Position numbers and translations under genes: made by a program. The notes under the pieces were generated by a model that searched no databases, had not been told where the DNA came from, and saw nothing but the letters and a program-made list of their open reading frames with translations. Positions 1 through 13,867 of a DNA stretch of 64,000 bases are shown here, piece by piece (position 1 is the first letter of the stretch; each line of letters opens with the position of its first letter). The stretch covers positions 33,259 to 97,258 of the forward strand of contig MU271193.1 of assembly GCA_021432655.1 (NCBI GenBank), read 5' to 3'. The DNA comes from Atractiella rhizophila. Lineage: Eukaryota.

Positions 1-254
1 TGAATTCCTTTTCCATCCACACCGAACTTGTAGACTACGGTGAGGAGGGAGCCGAGGAGGAAAAAATCCCAAATAACATAAGTCATCGACCTCCAGAAGG
101 AGCGCTCGAAGCAGTGTGCTGGAATCGCGGACAAAAGGTCCTTGATGGTGAAATCAGGTGGGGTCCATGTTGGAATCGAAGGATCTTCTGTAGGAGGAAC
201 CGTTGATTTGACAGGTGGGGAGAGAAGGACGGTATTCTTCGCTTTGACCGCCAT
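1..254 (-). CDS. FAD2: Delta-12 (omega-6) fatty acid desaturase, N-terminal part; gene runs off the window start
   Basis: A minus-strand frame not in the ORF track reads MAVKAKNTVLLSPPVKSTVPPTEDPSIPTWTPPDFTIKDLLSAIPAHCFERSFWRSMTYVIWDF. PDFTIKDLLSAIPAHCFERS is the characteristic N-terminal block of delta-12/omega-3 desaturases. The His boxes lie outside the window, so regiospecificity is unconfirmed. Confidence 0.8.
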   Translation of the reverse strand, partial: MAVKAKNTVLLSPPVKSTVPPTEDPSIPTWTPPDFTIKDLLSAIPAHCFERSFWRSMTYVIWDFFLLGSLLTVVYKFGVDGKGI

Positions 255-979
255 TTTTTCTGCGTCTTTTCGTCAATGGATTTCCTCATAATGCCCAGAC
301 CAGCTAATGTATCTGAGAAAGAGGAAAACGTACGATGAGTCTAGAGTAGTGGAAAGAAGGAAACGGTGAAAAATCTAATGAAATTCTCCTTGCCGACTGC
401 AACTAAGGCTGTCTAGAACCAGGGCAAACTCAAGTGGCGGGAGTATGCTGGTTGGAGGTATTTTCTAGGGCTGAGAATTGACTGACAGCCTCTAAGTAGT
501 CTAGGCGAGGTGGAAGTCTTGACACGTTGAGACCGGTTGGGCTGCTGAAATCTTGGGGAAGCACGCATTCCCCCGGGAAATGGGCGGCTTTTCATTGGCC
601 ACATCCTTTTCTTCCTCTTCCTTCATTTTCCGAGTTTTTTTGGGCCTCTCACATTCCAAGCTTTAATGCGTTTTCATTATTTCATGCTGGTGCTAGTAGT
701 CCCAGAATCTTGGACTCTGACTTCAATGTATTGATCTTTCTGGTCACTTGGTTTATTCGCAACCGAGAGGGTCCTCGATAAAAATGGCATAAAAATGAGG
801 GGAGCAGAAGTTCCTTATAATATGGAGAGCAAGGCATGCGAGAGCTAAACGTTATTGAGCTGCTCGGAGGGTTCATCTCAACTTGGCTCGACAGGGTCTT
901 CAATGAGGGACGAGCACCCCTCCGGGATATGCTTAAGAACATAGATCGTATACCATGTACCATGAACGTAACAGCACAA

Positions 980-1701
980 TTACTCCTCTGGGATCTCATA
1001 CTCTCCCTCATTGATACCGACGATAACATCATGTGGAGGCTTTCCCTCGACAGTGCAACCGACGGACTGAGCAGTACCGAGCATCTCCTTCACAGTTCCA
1101 GCGAGAGTTTTCGACATCGACTTGAACCTCATCGTTCGGGCAATGTTGATGATCTCGGAAAGAGGGATGTTGCCTGAGTGTTTAATGTTCTTCTCCTTCT
1201 TCCTGTCTCTTGGGGGCTCTGGTAACACGCCATTAATTAATCACTCTTCTAATAAACAAAAGGTAAGACGAACCCTTGAGAGCCTTGATGATGAGGGCTG
1301 AAGCCGAAGGAACAACCTCGACGGTAGCCTGACGATTCTGGATCGTAAGCTTGCAAGTAACACGAAGACCCTTCCATGCACCAGTAGCTTTGGCGATATC
1401 TTCACCGACCTTCTTAGGCGACTATAACCAAATCCCGTCCAAACCCATCACCAGCTCATCTAGTTGAGGGTAGGGTAGAACATACAAGACCAAGAGGACC
1501 AATCTTGGGAGCGAGAGCAGCGTTGGATCCCGCTTCTCCTCCTACGGAACGCAGGTAGATGATCTACAACATCTCTCTTAAGGCCTAATGCCTCTAACTT
1601 AATAAGATAATCTCACTTTGATTTCAGCTGTAGGTACTGTCAGTGAATGTCTACGCGCACAGGAGAAAGCGACACTAACTAGGATCAACTTTCGGCGCCA
1701 T
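980..1701 (-). CDS. RPL12: 60S ribosomal protein L12 (uL11), 5 coding exons including an 11-nt microexon
   Basis: Spliced product [69 protein letters not shown]...[18 protein letters not shown]...[16 protein letters not shown]; four GT-AG introns keep the frame. Confidence 0.97.
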
Positions 1702-1749
1702 TGCAGAATTGAAAAGTGCTTATACCCTCGGGAGGTTCAGCTTTTAGTC

Positions 1750-2205
1750 CTAGGAGAAGCATTAGAACGGACGAGCAAGATATGATTGAGTAATAGAAAG
1801 TTAATAGACAATTAAAGAAAATGCAGAGGTTCAAGTAACGAGCCAGAGCGTGCTTTCTCAAAGAATCATAAGTTTGCGTGAGCACCAAAAGGAAGGCTTT
1901 CTGCCCACCTCCCGCCAGAGTTATCTTAAAAGGAAGAGCTGTGACGAAAGCTCCAGCTTTAAGGCAAATGAATGAATACAGACCAACTCTGTATGCATCC
2001 AAAAGACATGCCCACACACATGAGAAGAAACAGGCTCTCACTCATGGACCCAAATGTGCTGATCAACGCAGGCGTATTGAGCAATCCACCCAAAGCCAAA
2101 GAGGCAGACAGGAATAGGGTTGACAAGAACATGAGTAAAAGGGTCAAAGCATTTGCTACCCTTGCATCCCAACCCACTGTCAATAGAGAGGACAAGGATA
2201 CTTAC
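1750..2205 (-). other. Predicted 456-nt 5'-UTR intron of RPL12 with extensive base-pairing
   Basis: Strong donor CAA|GTAAGT at 2205; branch CTAAT, pyrimidine tract and TAG acceptor at 1750, 48 nt upstream of the ATG; several hairpins visible inside. Confidence 0.6.
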
Positions 2206-2356
2206 TTGATTGATCGTTGAAGTTAAACACCTGTTTGACGAAGCAAAAAAAACACAAGCCACTCGCCTTCAACCTTATCTTGTTTTCTTTTGCAGGTTTG
2301 CAGGTCTGATTTCTCAACGACGGTGCAATCGACTCGACTCGCCTTTGCTCTTTAAC

Positions 2357-3879
2357 ATGTCCGACTCTCTCTCGTTCCGCGGTAAGTGATATCTCTTGCT
2401 GCTCAGGTATCGTGAGGCGGTCATGCTCGGTTGTGGAGCTTTATGTGCTCCTCTTAGCAGAACATGGCGCAGGTAGAAAGATTATGCATTGCGTGCATGA
2501 TTGAACATTAGCCTACCCTGTCTAATCGCAGTTGCAAGAGGATCCTTGTTGAGAACGGATGCTGATCCAGTTTTGTTTTGTAGGATCTCTCATTGGCCAC
2601 TCTGGCTGGGTTACTGCCATCGCTTGTGGTGGTGAAGGTGTGTTCTGACAGTCCATAAACCAGAGGGAAGAACCCAACAAGGGTTGACCTATTCCAATAG
2701 GTGACACTCTGGTGACTGCCAGTCGGGATAAAACTTTGATTGTGTGGCAGCTCACACGCGACGAGGTTTGCTTTATCTTTTTCCCAAACCCATCCTTCTC
2801 TTGTGCCCCTCCATTTGAAAGAGGCTAATCACTCCTGACGGGACAGAGCCAATATGGATACCCGAAAAAGATCCTTCATGGACACAACCACTTCGTTTCC
2901 GACGTCGTACTCTCGTCCGACGGTCAATTCGCGCTTTCGTCGTCTTGGGATAAGACGCTCCGTTTGTGGGATCTTAACACTGGAGCCACAACGCGACGAT
3001 TTACTGGCCACACTGCCGACGTTCTGAGCGTTTCATTCTCTGCTGATAACAGACAGATCGTATCTGGATCGAGAGACAGGACTATCAAGCTCTGGAACAC
3101 CCTTGGAGAGTGCAAGTTTAACATCGTCAATCGTGGACACACCGAATGGGTCTCATGTGTTCGATTCAGCCCTAACCCTCTGAATCCCGTCATCGTTTCC
3201 GCTGGCTGGGACAAACTTGTTAAGGTCAGTTGCTCATGCCATTTCATTCGCGAAGGAAAGCAGGATATGATGATCCTTTTCTTGTTAATATTTGCTACTT
3301 CAGAGCCCCTCACAAGGCAATGAGACAACTTCATCCACCAAGATCGCTGATTATTTGCTTTCTTGTTCTTGCTTAATTGGAATTTCGCTGACAAAACGGT
3401 CCAGGTTTGGGAACTGTCGAAGTGCGAACTTCGGACAGATCACTATGGCCACACTGGCTACATTAGCACCGTCACTGTTTCGCCCGATGGATCGCTTTGC
3501 GCATCCGGAGGAAAGGATGGCATCACAATGCTTTGGGATCTGAATGAGGGCAAACATCTCTACTCCCTCGAGGCTGGAGATGTCATCAACGCTCTCGTCT
3601 TCTCTCCGAACCGCTATTGGCTCTGTGCAGCTACCGCGAGCTGCATTAAGATCTTCGACCTCGAGAGCAAGAGCATTGTTGACGAACTTAAGCCCGATTT
3701 CATGGATGTTGGAAAGAAGAGCAGGGACCCTGAGTGTCTTTCCCTGGCTTGGTCTGCAGACGGACAGACCCTTTTCGCTGGGTACTCTGACAACCAAATC
3801 AGAGTTTACGGAGTGAGTTCTCTAACTCCCCTAGGAAGGATCATTGCTGATGGGATAATAGGTTACTGGGTCGGCTTGA
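2357..3879 (+). CDS. RACK1: RACK1 / Asc1 / Cpc2, WD40 40S ribosomal protein
   Basis: [21 protein letters not shown]...[32 protein letters not shown]...[28 protein letters not shown]...[14 protein letters not shown]...[12 protein letters not shown]...[19 protein letters not shown] introns; last exon GTT ACT GGG TCG GCT TGA. Confidence 0.98.
3262..3355 (+). ncRNA. snR24: Box C/D snoRNA U24 (snR24) in RACK1 intron 3225-3404
   Basis: Box C ATGATGA at 3267-3273; guide ATATTTGCTACT then D' CAGA; C'-like ATGAGA; guide CCACCAAGATC then box D CTGA at 3347-3350; flanking stem GAAAGCA/TGCTTTC. The guides are complementary to the conserved LSU rRNA segment GAUCUUGGUGGUAGUAGCAAAUAU. snR24 sits in the ASC1/RACK1 intron in budding yeast. 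Confidence 0.93.
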
Positions 3880-4561
3880 TCATACGTGTTACCATTACTT
3901 TCCCAAAAATGCAAATGCTTTTGTTGCTTCCATATCATTGCTCCAAGATTATATGAGTAGGGGATACAACATCTCGGCGGCAAGCTGTAGGGCTGCTCTC
4001 CGTTGCATTCCGTCCGGTATGAAAACCGGATCCTCTTTGCTGCCACTGTTTCTGCGCACTCTATATATTTTTATCATCCCAACATCCGCCGGAGGGCATA
4101 CGGTCGATGAGCGTGCATGGTGTAATGTTGTTCGCCGGGTGTCATGCTTTTCATGCTCGAAATCTGTTTACCCTCCTCTCCGTCACCTGCCGTTCCTCTC
4201 CCCCAAGCATAGATTGCATTCTTCCGCACCTCCCTGTCGCGGAGCACTTTCGAAAGGGATGTTTGTTCCGAGGGCTGTCGAATAAATCAACGAGGTCAAG
4301 CGGGGAAGGATATGTCATCCATCGACGAGCTAGTGCTTTTAGTCCCTCTCAAAATGCCGAGATTTCTCCACAACAACACTCAATGCGTTACGCTCGATGC
4401 TGTCCTTGCTATCCTCGCACTGTCCATGAGTTGTGTATCTGCTCTCCTGGGATGCTCGCAGGGATCAGGCGGGGAATTGGCCGAAATTTATATAAAGGTC
4501 AAAGTCTGCAGTGTTGATGCCTCAGTAAAGCCTTGTGGAAGGTTTGTACGCTTCGAAGAAA

Positions 4562-7504
4562 ATGGCAGGTGGAAACGTGGTACGGATATCGCTGAAAAGA
4601 ATAACTTTTGTTGAGGGAAGAGAATAGGCTAGAATCGCGGATCACACCGCTGCTCGCCGGTACTCTAGTCTGTTACCCTTGAGCGCTATGCCTTACTGTA
4701 TATTCCCAGTCAAGCGCTCGCTGGACCTCCAGGTTTCAAGGGCATTGTTCACAATGGCAAGGTGTTCCTGATAGCACTTTTCGCGTCTCTGGGTTAGCTC
4801 TCCTCATGTCAATTGTAGTCTCTTAATGACTGTAACAGGTGGTCTACTTTATGGGTCTGCAGCGATTTTTTTCGCTTTCTTTATGCTAAGTCTGCCCCAG
4901 GTACAATCAGGGTGTCTTCTCTGGGGTGCTTGTCATGCATAACTTCCATGACCACTTCGCTTCTACTCTTGACCAGTGAGTTCGCCCTGAAGTGCCGAAC
5001 AAAACTAAAGAGGCTCTCCAGTTCTGGCTTAAGAGGCATGGTGACCGCCATTCTTGAACTCGGGGCTTGGCTAGGATGTCTCGTTTACTCTTACATCGCG
5101 GATCGCCTCGGTCGTCGAGGTGGAATCAGCTTTGCCTGCTTCTTCTTCGTTATTGGAGTAGCAGTTCAAGTTCGAACCCTTTGTCCCTGCGCCATTACTT
5201 TCTGAAACAGGAACAGACCGCCGCACAAAATCCTGCCTACCTTTACACTGGTCGTTTCATCGTCGGTTTTGGAGTCGGTTGCCTCTCCGTAAGCTTGCAT
5301 TCTGGTTCTTTGTTGATGACTGAAATTGGCGGTAGATCGGAGTTCCCTTACTTAACGCAGAGCTTGCCCCTCCAGAAGTGCGAGGAGCTTTCGTTACTCT
5401 CCAGCAACTGAGTATCGAATTCGGTATTATGGTGTCTTTCTGGTATGTTCCTCATAAATCTGCCTTTCGAAGCTACAACTAACACGAATTAGGATTGACT
5501 ACGGCACCAACTATATCGGTAGGCAACGTTGCCAGCTACCAATTTTGAGATCCATTTATTTTATTAGGTGGGACGGGAGAGGGACAAAAAGAAACGGCTT
5601 GGAGGTAAATTTTCTTTCAAAGCGCCATCAGCATCTCATTTCCAAGTTTAGACTTCCTCTTGCCCTTCAACTTGCAAGTTCCTTTCAGATCACACACAAC
5701 CATGAACTTACTACTTTCCGTAGGCTCCAGCATTGATTCTATGGGGTGGGATCTACCTTCTAGTTCGTCGTATACCATCTTGCTATAGCACAGGTGACTC
5801 AAAATCAAATAGCCTGAATCCCCAAGGTACCTCCTGCAAAGCGGCCGCGAAGAAGATTCTCTACGAGTGTTGGCTAGTTTACGACGACTCCCAATCGATC
5901 ACGAGCTAGTGCGCATTGAACACCTCGAAGTAAAGAGCGAGTACCTCTTTGAGCAGGAGACGAATCGGGAGAAATTCCCTCAATATCAGGATGGAAGCAG
6001 AAAGAGCCGATTCCTTCTTCAAGTCTATAGTTATGCTTCTCTGATTACCAACCGTTCCAATTTCCGTCGAGTTGCTACTGGGGCAATTATCATGTTCTTC
6101 CAAGTATGTGTTGCGAACACTTTCTCAATAGGCGCCATCTAATAGTCTCAATAGCAATGGTCTGGAATCAACGCGGTGGTGAGTGCCGACCTACTGCTTC
6201 AATATGCGATACTGATCAGTCTCACAGTTGTACTATGTATGATCTGTTGCTAAGTTTCCGTTGTTGCCCTCACCTACAATCAGGCTCCAACAATCTTTGG
6301 TTCCTTGGAGCTGAGCGGCAACACCACCAATCTCCTCGCAACCGGTGTCGTCGGGATTGTGCGTATTCCTTGATCATCTGTTCATTGCTGAGAAGGCACC
6401 GACTATAGGTGATGTTGATCGCAACCATTCCTACCGTGTTGTATCTTGATACCCTTGGACGCCGACCAATTCTAGCATTGGGAGCGGTAGGAATGGCGCT
6501 GTTAGCTTCCGAAGTTTTCGCCTTCACCCAGCTGACCAATGGGTATCTAGGTGCCATACCATCCTCGCATTCATTATTGGCTTCTGTGAAGATGATTGGG
6601 CGTCACACAGCGCTGCAGGCTGGACGGCTGTTGTCTTTGTCTGGCTCTATGCAGTCTGCTTTGGATGGAGTTGGGGTGCGTCTATATTTTCAAATTCTGT
6701 TGTGGTGCTCAAAGCATTGGCAGGCCCCGTCGCATGGGTATGTTTGCACGTCAACGGAACGAGGAGACCTTATATTTATCGTCTTGTTTAGGTGTACATC
6801 AGCGAGGTCTTCCCATTGTCAATCAGAGCAAAGGGACTTTCAAGTAAGGTCCCAGACAATTTTAATTTCTCTAATGCTCTGTCGCTGCAGTTGCTGCAAG
6901 CTCCAACTGGATGAACAATGTAACTAGTCTACTCTACCTGAGAAGGCAAGACTGATGGCGGTACTGTACAGTTCATCATTGGCGAGATCACACCAACCAT
7001 GTTGAAGCATATGCGTTTTGGGACGTGTACGTATTCCGAGCTCTGCCAAATGAAACCAATTCTGATCTCTTGGTAGACATTCTCTTTGGAGCGTGAGATC
7101 TCATCCTTTTTGCCACAAAATTGCTGTTGGTTGATATTTGATCTTGGCTTCAGATTGACGTGGATCGCAGCCATCTATGTTTGGTGGTTTGTTCCAGAGA
7201 CCCGCCAAGTTCGTCCTTTTCAGAACACTGACATCGTGTGGAGATCTAATGTGGCCTTCAATGCAGAGTTCCTTAGAGGAAATGGACATTGTGTTTGGGG
7301 ACACTAGGTTCGTTCCTGCTTGATGGAGAGACTTAATAATAACTGCTTGTGTCCAGCCGTTCAAGTGCGCAGGACCAAGCAAGATTGGCGAGAATCAACG
7401 ATGAGATTGGTTTGACGAAACTTATCGAAGTGGGTTATGACAAGTCGAAGGAGAGCGCTGAACTTGAGCCTAATGATGAGAAACATTTGGAGGAAAAAGT
7501 TTGA
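4562..7504 (+). CDS. MFS sugar porter family transporter, about 25 introns
   Basis: Spliced motifs GGLLYGYNQGVFSG, ADRLGRR, GRFIVGFGVG, ELAPPEVRG, PESPRYL, QQWSGINAVLYYAPTIF, DTLGRR, WSWGPVAWVYISEVFPLSIRAKG, VPETR..SLEEMD. Confidence 0.92.
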
Positions 7505-7747
7505 AAACTGGAAGTTCGAGGAAAGTACTTTCTGATGTATTTGTGTGAACGAAACTGAACGGAATCTGACGATCAATGCCGTGATGAGTGATAATATGTA
7601 ATGTGGACGTTATCACAAACAAAGGGTAAAGCAAAACAAAGAACGTTGTCTTGAAGGTTAAACCCTGATTGAATAATAACCTCAGCTTCCCCACTTCTGA
7701 GCGACCTCCCCAGGTCGACGGACGGGAAACTCGCCTACAAAGGATTC

Positions 7748-8892
7748 ATGACTGATCAGGAGGAAAGGTCCTTCAGTAACTTCCGTGATATAGGCTATGC
7801 CTTGCCTAATGACGATGAAGAGCAAAGGAGGTATATGCTCCAACACACACGCCACAAGTTGACAAGAAGAAATGCCATAGATTAGATATACAACACACAT
7901 TTGTCAAGATGGTTCTGGAAGGGAAAAATTATCCCTCTGGGACCATCCAGGACCCTCAGACAATCGTCGATGTAGCTTGCGGGACTGTGGGCCGTCGTCC
8001 AATTTGAGCTCAAATTTCTTACCTGAGTGTAAGGGCATCTGGGCCATGGAGATGGCTGAAGAATTCCCGAATGCGGCGGTGCATGGCGTCGACATATCAG
8101 ACATCCAACCAAAGTATGTCGAGTAGCTGTACACCGTTGTTTAGTCAAATGTGTTAAATCCATAGGGACGCGCCGAGCAACGTAAAGTGGCATACCCTGG
8201 ACGCTTGTAAAGGTCTCCCGTTCGAGGACAACAGTGTAGATTTCATTCAGATCCGCATTTGCCCAAATGTACGCTTCTCTCTTTTTAGTTTAATTATCGC
8301 CCCAATGCACATATGCTTCTGCTCTACGTAGTTCTCAGACATCCATGCAGTTCACCGTCATTGCAAAGCAGCTCTACGACCAGGCGGCGTGCTCTTCAGG
8401 ATCGAGATCTCGCCAGACTATTCACTAGATGATACTCAATCGAAGGCAAAGGACGACTTCTTCGACCTCCGATGTGCCGGAATGATGGCCAAATATCACT
8501 TTGAGGAATTAAAAGCGAGAGGAAAAGTTGGAAGCATGATACGAGGAATGCTGAAAGAATTAGGAGGATTTAGAGACGTGACTTGGATGCAGAGGGACCT
8601 GCCTATTGGAGCGTGGACGCAAGGTACATATTTCTCTAAACGCCTCCTGATTGGTGAAGGGAAGAAGAACCTGATTCGATTGGGGAAAGATGAGAAATTG
8701 AACGAGATTGGAGCGCTACTGCTTCAGAATAACCTCAACTTCATCAATTCTTGTGCTGCCGGGATGAAGCAAACTCTTGGGCTCGATCGAAAGATGACGG
8801 ATGAGTTGGCGATAAAAGCAATGGAAGAAACTGGGCAGCCACACAGGCACGTTTATTCGCCTTACGACTTTATTTGGGCTTTCAAGGTCTGA
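7748..8892 (+). CDS. Class I SAM-dependent methyltransferase (LaeA/TAM-like fungal family)
   Basis: YALPNDDEEQRRLDIQH, motif I IVDVACGTGIWAMEMAEEFPNAAVHGVDISDIQP, LPFEDNSVDFIQIR, LRPGG, LPIGAW. Confidence 0.85.
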
Positions 8893-9380
8893 TCTCACGA
8901 ATGTACACAAATGGCATGCACAAATGGCACTTACGTTGAAATAAACAGCTTAATTTGAAAGATAACTACCAAGTTAGACATTGATGGAAGACTTCTAAGT
9001 AGTTTTGAAGTGCCTAGGAGGATAATTGCTCACTACCAGCGAGTGGAAACGCGCGTGCCGGTGAAGTTCCTCGACACAAATGCACCGTCTGGTCTTCAGA
9101 TTCACAATAGGCACAGAATAAGCGTCACCACAAAGACTGTCAAGAAATTTCAAGCTTGTCAAGCCTGATGTAACTATTCAAGAAATTTCTGTAGTAATAT
9201 GTGTAGTAGCTTTAGTTTTGTCCACTTGAGCTCTGTCCTAGTTAGGACATCACCGCCCTATTCCCGCTCTCACTTCTTTCGTGCGACTAAAGCGCAAGGT
9301 ACGCGTCTTGCTTCATGCTGTGTCTGGATTCCTGATTTCCTCCTACTGCTCTAAAGGATTAGGAGTTTACGTCGCTCAAA

Positions 9381-12221
<2,841 letters not shown>

Positions 12222-12384
12222 TGCAGTGACTTGGCTAGTGCCTTCTTATGTTTGCCACGAGTCTTACTTGTTTTATGATTCCCATTATTCATTACATGAG
12301 CATGGTGTATTGGAATATTGTAAAACTGAGCTACATGTACCCTCAGAGCTACTGGGTGATTCTACCCCTGCGTCATTCTCTGCC

Positions 12385-13329
12385 TCATTTTTTCCCCTCA
12401 GTCACCTGCACACTAAAATCCCAAACTTTGGTCGTCACCCATTCATTGATATTCATGTTCTTCTTCCCGATCTCTCCCTTTTCATCTAAACTCCACGCAC
12501 CCCTTTCCCATTCATTCTCGCTCGACCAAGGACGATACCACATCCACTCAGCCGCCTCCTCAATCGTCCGCATAAACGGCTTGAACAGAAAGCCCGTCAT
12601 CTTCAGGACAGTTGGGTAACCTTCAGTGAAGACGAATCCAGGAAGGATATGAAAAGTAGATATTCTGGGATGCCGACGGTGCAATTCCTAAGATCCTGAA
12701 GTGAGCTATGAAACGAGGAGAGGAGAGACGCGAACCGAGATCATGATATCGTTGTAAGTGATTGCTGTTCCCGCAGCGTTCTTCAAAGAATAATGCTTTT
12801 CGATACCCAGGTCGTCCTCAAAAACCTTCCCTCCTTTCCCCGCTCCGTCCAGGATACTGATTACACTGGCTTTCTCTCCCTCCTTTGCCGCATTGTCCAC
12901 CAAACTGATCAAATCGTAGGCAAACCGAAAGCGGGCGAAATAATGTAGCTGAAGTTTATAATCCAGTCCGTCTTTCGTCGGCGTGAACCCTTGAGTTGTC
13001 AAAAGTCCGGGAGAGAGGACAAGGAAGTTAATCTTGTCCAACCGCTGCTTCAACAGCCCGGTCACCTCTCGAACTTGTCCCAAATCGCTCACATCGCACT
13101 TGACAAATTCTGCCTTCCCTTCCTCATGCTTCGGCCACGACGATATGATTTTATGCGCTTTGGCCTCGTTGCGTCCAAGCAGGATGATATGAGCGCGACC
13201 ACCTGTTTGTCGAGCGAGCTTTGTCGCCATTCCCTCTCCTACTCCGCTCGTACCCCCGAGAAAGAGGGAAACGGGAGGCGTTGAAGGGCGGAAGAGTGCA
13301 TTAGATTGGACGACGCGTTGGAATGACAT
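12385..13329 (-). CDS. Short-chain dehydrogenase/reductase (NAD(P)-binding Rossmann fold)
   Basis: LFLGGTSGVGEG, ILLGRN, CDVSDL, LHYFARFRF; second exon HILPGFVFT; one intron near 12690-12733. Confidence 0.85.
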
Positions 13330-13867
13330 CAGAATATGACCACGCGTTGTTTGAGCTGAGGGGGGAGATAGCAGTAACAGTTGGTTGGTCGGTTGCTGAG
13401 GGAGAGGGCAAGTCTTGTCCAAATCGAGCGGCTTTTGTGCCCCATGTTCTCAAGCCGGAAAAGTCAGCGCGGCACAAAGGGATACTTCGCCTGGCAGAAT
13501 GTTCGGGAGTGGAGCCGTCGACGGGTGACAGCTCCACATGCAATCGGATTCAGTGGATCAGTGAGATTATCGGTGGTGATATTCTCGACTGGATCAAGCT
13601 CGTCAGCGACTCAAAGGAGCATCGTCCATGATCGCATCCAACAATTCCTGTCGCAGTCTTCCACAGACACCGTGAACCGGGAGTGAGTGGTCGTCCCGAA
13701 AATTGTTCCGCTAAGTACTTTGCAATATTCGGTGCTGAATTCGCTGGTTCTCCACCTTTGCAAGGAAGTTGGAGTAATGAGTTATACTCCACCAGTGAGA
13801 GTCTCGACTCTTGAAAAGCCTTAAAAGAGCTGGATGTAGCTACATAGGATCCGACAAAGAGAAAACA

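Noticed and set aside
2114..2135. Split match to LSU rRNA (AATAGGG...GAACATGAG) near the A-loop
   Set aside because: The match is short and interrupted, and its geometry does not fit a pseudouridylation pocket; treated as chance.
2194..2210. U1-like ATACTTAC on the plus strand and U12-type GTATCCTT on the minus strand
   Set aside because: Both follow from an ordinary strong U2 donor GTAAGTAT on the minus strand; there is no U1 body and no U12 branch site TCCTTAAC.
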